A stretch of DNA of 26,588 nucleotides from Candidatus Heimdallarchaeota archaeon (lineage in GTDB: Archaea; Asgardarchaeota; Heimdallarchaeia; Heimdallarchaeales; Heimdallarchaeaceae): the NCBI GenBank assembly GCA_016840095.1, contig JAEOSZ010000074.1, forward strand, positions 1 to 26,588. Reading direction: 5' to 3'. The translations under genes and the position numbers were made by a program. Numbering within the stretch: position 1 is the first letter of the stretch; each line of letters opens with the position of its first letter. Positions 1-6,900 of this stretch are shown here, piece after piece. Below the pieces are notes generated by a model. It was not told the origin of the DNA and made no database searches. It saw nothing but the letters and a program-made list of their open reading frames with translations.

Positions 1-671
1 ATGTGCCAAAATTCATTCACATGTCTTTTGGTTCTCATTTTTTCTGCTCTGAAGCTAGGAGTTATTGCATATACTTTTTCTAAACTGTAAATGAGTGCTT
101 CCAGATAAAGTTGAATACTCTGACTCAGATAAGCTGTATGATCGAAGTATTTCAAACTGAATAGAGTTGAACCTCCTTCACAAGCTGAACCTGTAAGTAT
201 TGGTGGTGTTGTCTCGTAGAAATCGTTCTCAAAGAACCATTCTCTTGCTGCACGTAAGACAGATGCTTTGACTTTCCAAACATTGGTTGCTTTGTAGCTT
301 CTCACAAATAAATGAGTGTTATCAAGCATGAACTCTTTGCTTTGATCTTTAGCAACTGGGAAAGTTTCTCCTTTATGCATAAGCATGAAGTTGGAGAGTT
401 TAACCTCTACATTATTGACTGCCCTATTATCCTCTACAGGATTTCCTTCAACTATTATATAATTCTCAATTGCAGCTTCATTCAACATTTTCCAAGCTTC
501 AGGAGAAAGATTACCTTCCTGACCTATACATTGGATGATGCCAGAAGCATCTCGTAAAACGACAAAGATTTTGTCTTTCATTTTACGGATTCGATAGATC
601 CATCCTCGGATTGTTACTGAATCTTCCGAGGGAAGTACTTTTGCTGCACGTGTATAGTTGTAGTCGAGCAT
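1..671 (-). CDS. asnS: Asparagine--tRNA ligase, 5' part (runs off the window start; missing from the ORF track)
   Basis: Manual translation from ATG at 671: MLDYNYTRAAKVLPSEDSVTIRGWIYRIR...FVVLRDASGIIQC (OB-fold anticodon domain)...TPPILTGSACEGGSTLFSLKYFDHTAYLSQSIQLYLEALIYSLEKVYAITPSFRAEKMRTKRHVNEFWH (class IIb motifs 1 and 2, AsnRS-like). No stop before the window edge. Confidence 0.92.
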   Translation of the reverse strand, partial: MLDYNYTRAAKVLPSEDSVTIRGWIYRIRKMKDKIFVVLRDASGIIQCIGQEGNLSPEAWKMLNEAAIENYIIVEGNPVEDNRAVNNVEVKLSNFMLMHKGETFPVAKDQSKEFMLDNTHLFVRSYKATNVWKVKASVLRAAREWFFENDFYETTPPILTGSACEGGSTLFSLKYFDHTAYLSQSIQLYLEALIYSLEKVYAITPSFRAEKMRTKRHVNEFWH

Positions 672-789
672 AAGTTCTCATCTAAACAGATATAAAAAAA
701 TGTTAGGGTTACGAAGAAAAATCGTAAATACTATTTTCTCACTGGATTCACATTCAAAATCATTAGTTCTAAAGAGCTAGATTTTGGAG

Positions 790-1173
790 TTAATTCTTTC
801 TGGAACTTTTACGTAATTCTGAAAGTCTAATTGTGTTAATGTACTCACTACGTTCTGCAATTAGTTCATCTATTCTTTCTTGATGTTTTTCTTTGTCCAA
901 ATATACTGCAATGTAGATAGCATTACACCAAAGCAAATAATTATCCGAATAAAGCAATGTATCAATAATTTCGTTTATCACTTTATTATCGATTATAATT
1001 TTATTGTATTTCGTCAGTAGCTCTTTTTCCATTACTTTTGTTAATTTTCGATCAGGCAAAATAATATCAAAATTAAACGGGCTTGTCAAATAATACATAC
1101 CAATGAAAGCATCACTAGCTTCAAGAGGTACCAGTTTAGACAACTTATCTCGTTCATCTGAGAAATTATTCAT
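790..1173 (-). CDS. Hypothetical protein, 127 aa, probably alpha-helical
   Basis: ATG-initiated ORF filling the gap between asnS and the next gene; no motif recognised. Confidence 0.6.
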   Translation of the reverse strand: MNNFSDERDKLSKLVPLEASDAFIGMYYLTSPFNFDIILPDRKLTKVMEKELLTKYNKIIIDNKVINEIIDTLLYSDNYLLWCNAIYIAVYLDKEKHQERIDELIAERSEYINTIRLSELRKSSRKN

Positions 1174-1223
1174 CTTAAGAAATTTACTACAGGCTATTAA
1201 AGGATTGTTCAGCTAAATCTAAT

Positions 1224-1235
1224 CGAAAATTATAA
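1224..1235 (+). promoter_or_regulatory. Archaeal promoter: BRE (CGAAAA) plus TATA box (TTATAA)
   Basis: CGAAAATTATAA ends 23 nt before ATG 1259, the spacing expected for a leaderless archaeal transcript. Similar TTTA(T/A)A boxes lie about 22-24 nt upstream of the starts at 1912, 11093 and 12162. Confidence 0.6.
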
Positions 1236-1258
1236 TAGTTGGAACAAGCTTAGTGGAA

Positions 1259-1864
1259 ATGAAAATGGAGTTTAGTTGGATAAATTTTATCTTAATGAAT
1301 GTCAATGCTCTACTATTCTCGATAATGAGTATTGTCAGTGTTATCCCTGTTACTCTTTTTAGAAGATATGGTGAGAAGGCATGGAAATTCTGCTATTATC
1401 TTCGAATTGCTATGGCTATCTTTGTTGTGTTTATGATAGTGAATATGATATTGTGGATTTGGTATCCAATCGAACTGATATCATGGGAGATTTGTGAGAA
1501 ATTTTGGGTAGGTATAATGATTGGAGTTGTCATCTTAATTCCTTGTTCAATATTCACCTATTTGGCCTTGAGAGATGGAGGAGAAGAACATATGAAACCA
1601 GAAAAAGATCGAGAGATGTTCGGTGGAATATACAATCATATTAGACACCCTGGTGTTCTCGGTGAAATGCCTTTCTATATTGCAATTGGTTTCTTTGTCA
1701 ATTCTTGGTTTTTGGTAATATGGACTATTATATTCGTTTCTCTTTACACTGTAATTTATATTCCAATTGAAGAAAATGATCTTGTTAAAAGGTTTGGAGA
1801 TAAATACATTGAATATCGAAAGAGGACTGGAGCTTTAATCCCTAAACTTAAACGAAGGAATTAA
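1259..1864 (+). CDS. Isoprenylcysteine carboxylmethyltransferase / phospholipid methyltransferase family membrane protein
   Basis: Multiple TM helices; GIYNHIRHPG and EENDLVKRFGDKYIEYRKRT motifs of the ICMT/PEMT family. Start placed at ATG 1259 from the TATA spacing (ORF track gives GTG 1253). Confidence 0.85.
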   Translation: MKMEFSWINFILMNVNALLFSIMSIVSVIPVTLFRRYGEKAWKFCYYLRIAMAIFVVFMIVNMILWIWYPIELISWEICEKFWVGIMIGVVILIPCSIFTYLALRDGGEEHMKPEKDREMFGGIYNHIRHPGVLGEMPFYIAIGFFVNSWFLVIWTIIFVSLYTVIYIPIEENDLVKRFGDKYIEYRKRTGALIPKLKRRN

Positions 1865-1911
1865 CAGTATCATCTATATCTTTTTAAAACTAATTTTTGA
1901 ACGAAAATTTA

Positions 1912-3306
1912 ATGCGGAAAGAGAGACAGACTTTATTTGGTCTAATGTTATCAAGTTTCATCATAAACTTGGGCTGGGGTGCCATTTTACCATTTATGGC
2001 TATTTATGCAGATCTCTTTTTCTATGATTTTCATTGGGGATCCTTAACCATAGATGTTACAACACAAATAGGTCTGCTCACTTCTGCAATGATGATTTCT
2101 AGAGCAATATTAGCTCCAATTTTTGGTCGTCTTAGTGATGCTGAAGGAAGAAAACCAGTTATTGTTGTTGGATTGGCTATGTATGTCTTTCTAACTTTCG
2201 GATTTGGTTTAGCTAAAGCATTTTGGTCACTGTTTCTAGTCAGATTCTTTCAAGGAGTTGCTTCAGCCTTAGTTTGGCCTGTCGCGGAATCAGCCATTGT
2301 TGATATCTCTGAAGATGAAAAAAGAGGTAGAAATCTAGGTTGGTTTATACTATCACAATCTCTTGGGTGGGCAATAGGTCCTTTTCTGGGAAGTGGGTTA
2401 TTTTCACTGTCGAAGCTTATGGTTGTAGGTGATGTTGCAGCATTCAGAGTAACTTTTTTCCTTCTAGGAGCTTTATCTTTTCTTTCATTCTTAGCTTTCA
2501 ATTTCATGGTAATAGATCCAAAGACAGGAAAGACAAGAATGAATTTGAAAGATTTATGGAAAGCTTTGGTTGAAGTACTGAAAACCTTTGGTAAATTCCG
2601 CATAAGAATACCAAAACTTTTGAGACCTTCTTTCTGGAGAGAACGATCTGGAAGTCTGAAATCAATTTATTTCTTGAGTTTCACGAATGGTTTTAATTTT
2701 GCAATGGTCTTCCCAATTCTATCACTGTTTCTAGTAGATAGTTATGGACTTACAGCTGAAACTGTAGGAATTATATTTGGAATATCTGGAATAGCTGGTG
2801 TAACATTTAATCCACTAGGGGGATATCTTGCAGATAAAACTAGTAAGAAGATTCTTGTTGTTATATCAGGAATCCTTTCAGCTATTCTACTATTCTTCCT
2901 AGGTTTCCAAATGATTGCTTACGGTTTGATAGCTCTATTCATTATCAGACAGCTAATTCAACAGATTAACATGCCTGCTTTTAGAGCTCTTCAAGCTGAT
3001 TTAGTTAAGGATGAAGTAAGAGGAATGGAATTTGGCAATGTTCAAATGTTCAACAACTTTGGTGCAGTCTTAGGTCCAATAATTGGAGGAGTGTTATATG
3101 GACAATTTCGAGGAGCAACTCCATTATGGTCAATTGGTAATGTGAATATTTTTGGACTTGAAGTTTTACTGATAATTACAACCTCTATTATGATTCTTTC
3201 TGCATTAGTTATACTCTTCTTTGTTAAGAAAAAAGATTATGTAGTTAATATTAAGAAACAACAGGAAGAATCTGAACGAATTGTTGCTGTAGATATGAGT
3301 GATTGA
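1912..3306 (+). CDS. MFS transporter (DHA1-like)
   Basis: About 12 TM segments; motif A GRLSDAEGRKPV and its repeat GYLADKTSKK; LFLVRFFQG. Start at ATG 1912 follows a TATA-like TTTTTAAAA (ORF track gives TTG 1897). Confidence 0.9.
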   Translation: MRKERQTLFGLMLSSFIINLGWGAILPFMAIYADLFFYDFHWGSLTIDVTTQIGLLTSAMMISRAILAPIFGRLSDAEGRKPVIVVGLAMYVFLTFGFGLAKAFWSLFLVRFFQGVASALVWPVAESAIVDISEDEKRGRNLGWFILSQSLGWAIGPFLGSGLFSLSKLMVVGDVAAFRVTFFLLGALSFLSFLAFNFMVIDPKTGKTRMNLKDLWKALVEVLKTFGKFRIRIPKLLRPSFWRERSGSLKSIYFLSFTNGFNFAMVFPILSLFLVDSYGLTAETVGIIFGISGIAGVTFNPLGGYLADKTSKKILVVISGILSAILLFFLGFQMIAYGLIALFIIRQLIQQINMPAFRALQADLVKDEVRGMEFGNVQMFNNFGAVLGPIIGGVLYGQFRGATPLWSIGNVNIFGLEVLLIITTSIMILSALVILFFVKKKDYVVNIKKQQEESERIVAVDMSD

Positions 3307-3378
3307 AAGCATCTATTAGAATAATAAGTCAAGGGTTAAAATTAAATACTGCTTGCTTTTTGTTATTTGTGGAACAAA

Positions 3379-4137
3379 ATGTGTAGACTCTTTCTAAATA
3401 TTGGTCAAATTGTTTCGAAAAAAACCTTAGAAGAATATATTGGTTCTTGTTCAGACTATGTTGGGGGAGTAAAGTTAGATGTTCATGAGCGAAATGAAAC
3501 AAAACTAGAGCAACATAAAGATGGTTATGGGTATGCATATGTAAAGAAAGATCATTTTGAAATCCATAGATATCGTGAACCGATCTTTCATCGTGATCCA
3601 TTAGATGAGATAGCAAAATTAGATACCAATGTTCTCTTTGTTCATGCAAGACAAGCATCACCTAACATCCAAGTTAGCATCAAGAATAATCATCCTTTCT
3701 ACTGGTATAATGGAGATGAATATGTTTTTGGACATAATGGTACCATAAAAAGTCAAATAAAGAACTATAATGATAGAAAGTTTTTCTTAAAAGGTTCTAC
3801 AGATTCTGAGAAGTACTTTTATGCTTTATTGACAGAGATGGGAGAAAATGAGTGGAAAGTGGATAAACAGATGCTCACCAAGATCTTAGAATATTGGGAT
3901 TATACTGCAGCTAATTTTATACTAGCCTCTCCAAAGAAAGCTTGGATAGGTGTGTTTTATAGAAAAGATCCCCTTTATTTCACAATGAAGCTGTATAAAA
4001 CAGATGACTCAATAGTAGTAAGTTCTAGTGCTCTTCCATCATTAGGATCTCCAATTGAGAGATTAAGAAATGGAGATTTAATCGAAATTGATATCGAGAG
4101 TATGAATTACTATTACCTAAGTGAATACAGAGTTTAG
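3379..4137 (+). CDS. Class II glutamine amidotransferase family (Ntn-hydrolase, YafJ/EgtC-like)
   Basis: Start at ATG 3379 gives M-C-R-L, with the N-terminal Cys nucleophile; HKDGYG, HARQAS, NNHPF, HNG and TDSE motifs. Confidence 0.88.
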   Translation: MCRLFLNIGQIVSKKTLEEYIGSCSDYVGGVKLDVHERNETKLEQHKDGYGYAYVKKDHFEIHRYREPIFHRDPLDEIAKLDTNVLFVHARQASPNIQVSIKNNHPFYWYNGDEYVFGHNGTIKSQIKNYNDRKFFLKGSTDSEKYFYALLTEMGENEWKVDKQMLTKILEYWDYTAANFILASPKKAWIGVFYRKDPLYFTMKLYKTDDSIVVSSSALPSLGSPIERLRNGDLIEIDIESMNYYYLSEYRV

Positions 4138-4711
4138 GGTAGGATCAATCTTGTCAAATTCTGATGTAAGAAAAACTAGAAAAGAAATGAAGAAAAGTTT
4201 CTCTGAGAGAATGCGAATCTTTTCGATAAGATATTTAGCTCATCATCCTTCATGTATAAAGTTTGATAATCATATCTTTAAAATTGGACAACTATTTCTC
4301 TGTGTTGGGTGTACGAGTGTATTTATAGGATTCATCTCTTACACAATAGTTTTCTTCTCATTGCTTAATTACTTTAAACAATTCCCTTACATAATTGGTG
4401 CAATTGCAGCTTTTGGTGTTGGAATAGCATTGATACAAGTCTTACTCAAACCAAAGTTGAAATTAATCAAGGCTTCATTCAGATTCTTCTTAGGTATAGG
4501 TTTGGGAGCTTACATCTCACTAATAGTTCAAGTATCTTCTATTTCTCAATTGGGAAATTATGCCATGTTAGTTCAAATTGGTCTTTTCTTACTTCTTCTA
4601 CCAGGAATTTACCTTTACAATATCCTTCGAGGAGACTCTCCCTATTTGGAGTGTAAAGAATGTTCAATAAAAGACTCAGAGCCAACTTGTGATTATTCAA
4701 TCGATTCTTGA
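4121..4711 (+). CDS. Cys/His-containing multi-pass membrane protein (DUF2085-like)
   Basis: HHPSC...LFLCVGC before about 4 TM helices and CKEC...C at the C-terminus. Start uncertain (GTG 4121 or ATG 4187). Confidence 0.6.
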   Translation: MNTEFRVGSILSNSDVRKTRKEMKKSFSERMRIFSIRYLAHHPSCIKFDNHIFKIGQLFLCVGCTSVFIGFISYTIVFFSLLNYFKQFPYIIGAIAAFGVGIALIQVLLKPKLKLIKASFRFFLGIGLGAYISLIVQVSSISQLGNYAMLVQIGLFLLLLPGIYLYNILRGDSPYLECKECSIKDSEPTCDYSIDS

Positions 4712-5064
4712 ATTTCAATCTGGTATCCCTCTGGATCATTAAACACAAATGCCTTGATTTTGATTTCGTTATTTACAAACATCTCAGAGAGTCCATCAAC
4801 ATTAGCTTGTTTACAATATTCGTAAAAAACATCAACATCTGGAACTCGAATACAAATTTGAACTGGTTTGATTTCATTCCATTTATGCATCCCTTTCTTC
4901 TCATCAACTATACCAACATAACCTGCTTCTGATATTCTATATATTTTGCAAAAACCTTGATCGATTTCCATTGGGAAGCCAAGGAAGTTTTCATAAAAAT
5001 CAATACCTTTCTTAAGATCTCTATAATAGATGAAAGTGATAAGTTTCTCTGCTTTATTTCCCAT
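4693..5064 (-). CDS. VOC (glyoxalase/bleomycin-resistance) family protein
   Basis: DLKKGIDFYENFLGF, ICIRVPDVD and FVFNDPEGYQIEI motifs. Start at ATG 5064 or 5082; the latter overlaps the inverted repeat. Confidence 0.88.
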   Translation of the reverse strand: MGNKAEKLITFIYYRDLKKGIDFYENFLGFPMEIDQGFCKIYRISEAGYVGIVDEKKGMHKWNEIKPVQICIRVPDVDVFYEYCKQANVDGLSEMFVNNEIKIKAFVFNDPEGYQIEIQESIE

Positions 5065-5080
5065 TAGTTCGGGGCGTTTC

Positions 5081-5108
5081 ATGATGAGTTTTTGTCATGT
5101 AGTCATAT
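5081..5108 (-). repeat. Inverted repeat copy at the tnpB 3' end
   Basis: Reverse complement ATATGACTACATGACAAAAACTCATCAT matches 6487-6514 at 23/28 positions (18 of the first 19). Confidence 0.75.
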
Positions 5109-5240
5109 AAACTTTACATCGTTGAGCATGTTTCATAGTCGATGTGGGTATCATTCCTGGTGGGTCCACACACACCCTACATGGATACATCACGTACCCT
5201 CCTACCCCATCAGCACCTCTGAGAGGAAGTGCATTAGGAT
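5081..5240 (-). ncRNA. Putative omegaRNA/reRNA overlapping the tnpB 3' end (boundaries approximate)
   Basis: This is the established location for TnpB guide RNAs. The minus strand has stems CCTCT-C-AGAGG and ACATCG...CGATGT, and the protein tail after NADVN looks poorly conserved. Confidence 0.45.
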
Positions 5241-6405
5241 CGCTTTTAATTAGAATATTGTACGCAGCATTCACATCAGCATTAACTTTGTAACCTTGAG
5301 TAGAAGTGAACATTCCACGAGAAGAACGTCTACCGGCATAAGTTGATCGTTTCTGAGGGAACTCATTGTCTAGAAAACTACTCTTGGAAGTATAGTTCTC
5401 AAGTACAGTATCAACGAGAATCCCTCGTTCTTCCGCTTTATACTTCAACTGTTGGATGATTTTCAGAAAGGGAATATTAACAAACAGCTGGGTGGTCTTC
5501 TTCCCCAGATTAACCTGTTGTTTCCATTTAGGATTATACCCTACAATCACTTCTTGAAGCTCTCGTTCAACAAATACCTTGACCAAATAAGTTGTCAATT
5601 GATGAAGAGCGTTCTTGAGTTTCTTCCTATATTTCTCACGCAATTTATAGTAAGCTGATCCATACATTAACTTCTGCTGGTTTTTCAATCTTTTTTTCTG
5701 CTGCTGCACGTACCGTGCTCGTAATTCTTTCTGCTTCTTTTGATAAAATTGGATAATACTTTTGATCCCTTTTCCATGGTCCTTGACAACAATCGGTTGG
5801 TTTCCGAGGTTATCCACGAAGGCCACAATATTCTTAGTCCCTAAATCTATAGCTCCCTTTCTAGTTCTTTTTCTCACTTGCTTCGAAAGGGATTTTTCAT
5901 AAACAATTTCTAGAGTGTACCCAACCTGTCTAGGTACTACTCTTACTTCTTTCAATCTACATCTAGCTGTTAAACGAGTTTTGTAGTAAAATCCTACTTT
6001 CCTGGGTAGGATTACCCACCCATTCCTTAATCTAGTTTGTTGGTTGGTTACAATCGCTACTCCTTCTCCATCCTTAGGTTTGTATCGTGGAGCTTTGGGT
6101 TGTCCTAGAAACTTCTCAGGATGAGCTTTCCATTCTTTTAGTGCCTGAAAATACGCCTTCCAATTTCTCACCAACAGTTTGAGCGTATGTTGAGCTGTAT
6201 GTGCTGGGAGAACTGTGTAACAATCTTCAGGCTTGAGTAGTCTATTGAGCTCGTAATAGTTTAGAAATTTGTTGTTTTTAGTAAGAGATTGTTTTATGAG
6301 ATAATTTGTTCGATTGTAGAGATTCTTCACTTGATGACACAGTTTACCTAAAGCTGGTGTAGACGGCAGTTCTATACACTCTACTCTCCACACTAGTGTC
6401 ATCAT
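5095..6405 (-). CDS. tnpB: TnpB RNA-guided endonuclease (IS200/IS605/IS1341-type), RuvC-II-rearranged, zinc-finger-less subtype
   Basis: KNLYN N-terminal motif, RuvC-I AIDLG, VIVGYN..WKQ, LKYKAEERGI, ENYTSKSSFLD, RGMF and RuvC-III NADVNAAYNI. Confidence 0.92.
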   Translation of the reverse strand: MMTLVWRVECIELPSTPALGKLCHQVKNLYNRTNYLIKQSLTKNNKFLNYYELNRLLKPEDCYTVLPAHTAQHTLKLLVRNWKAYFQALKEWKAHPEKFLGQPKAPRYKPKDGEGVAIVTNQQTRLRNGWVILPRKVGFYYKTRLTARCRLKEVRVVPRQVGYTLEIVYEKSLSKQVRKRTRKGAIDLGTKNIVAFVDNLGNQPIVVKDHGKGIKSIIQFYQKKQKELRARYVQQQKKRLKNQQKLMYGSAYYKLREKYRKKLKNALHQLTTYLVKVFVERELQEVIVGYNPKWKQQVNLGKKTTQLFVNIPFLKIIQQLKYKAEERGILVDTVLENYTSKSSFLDNEFPQKRSTYAGRRSSRGMFTSTQGYKVNADVNAAYNILIKSDPNALPLRGADGVGGYVMYPCRVCVDPPGMIPTSTMKHAQRCKVYMTT

Positions 6406-6486
6406 ATCTTCTACTTTGTTTCTCTATTAAAACCCCCGTAATATTTTACTTTCATCCTTCATTCAGGTTGACTCATCATCATTTTA

Positions 6487-6514
6487 ATATGACTACAAGA
6501 CAAAATTCTATCAT
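6487..6514 (+). repeat. Inverted repeat copy upstream of tnpB
   Basis: ATATGACTACAAGACAAAATTCTATCAT, partner of 5081-5108. Confidence 0.75.
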
Positions 6515-6651
6515 AAGTCAATCAAATATTCCACAGATTTCAATCTTTCTCAAAATGTGTGTTATTGAAGAAGGTCCTTCTAACAAGATCTCAAGTAAAT
6601 TTGGGGAGATGTAAGACGCGAAAAACATAACTTGAATATCTCTAATTACAA

Positions 6652-6738
6652 TAAGGTTCTCGGGCCTTACATGGGGTATTTATACCCCCTTCCTTCTTGT
6701 ATATGTCTCCTACCAAGAAGAAGACCTTAATGCAAGGT
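6652..6738. other. Array of four adjacent hairpins/palindromes
   Basis: TAAGG..CCTTA (6652-6669), GGGGTAT-TT-ATACCCC (6673-6688), CTTCTTG..CAAGAAG (6693-6720) and ACCTT..AAGGT (6724-6738), followed by a T-run. Confidence 0.55.
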
Positions 6739-6781
6739 TATTTTTTAACAAAATTTGAGGGAAGAAATTGTTTCAAACGGA

Positions 6782-6821
6782 GAATCTTACCACGTAAATT
6801 ATTTTTTGTGTGGTAAGATTC
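6782..6821. repeat. 40-bp palindromic element, copy 1
   Basis: GAATCTTACCAC-16 nt-GTGGTAAGATTC, with perfect 12-bp arms. Confidence 0.9.
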
Positions 6822-6864
6822 ACAAGTCGGAATTTTTTTAGTAACAGGTTTAGTGTTGTAGTGT

Positions 6865-6900
6865 AAAAAGATAAAGATTAGTTCATTCAGAAATCTAATC
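6865..6900 (-). terminator. Putative terminator of the 6901-9318 gene
   Basis: GATTAG..CTAATC stem directly after the stop codon, followed by TTTATCTTTTT on the minus strand. Confidence 0.45.

Larger units (their letters stand above)
5081..6514 (-). mobile_element. Non-autonomous tnpB-only element, provisionally bounded by a 28-bp imperfect inverted repeat
   Basis: tnpB without an adjacent tnpA; inverted copies at 5081-5108 and 6487-6514; no target-site duplication seen. Confidence 0.6.

Noticed and set aside
312-557. 81-aa plus-strand ORF
   Set aside because: It is the antisense shadow of asnS, which occupies 1-671 on the minus strand.
6396-6614. 72-aa plus-strand ORF as a possible TnpA
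   Set aside because: It has no convincing HUH/Y1 or serine-recombinase motifs and overlaps the tnpB start and the repeat.
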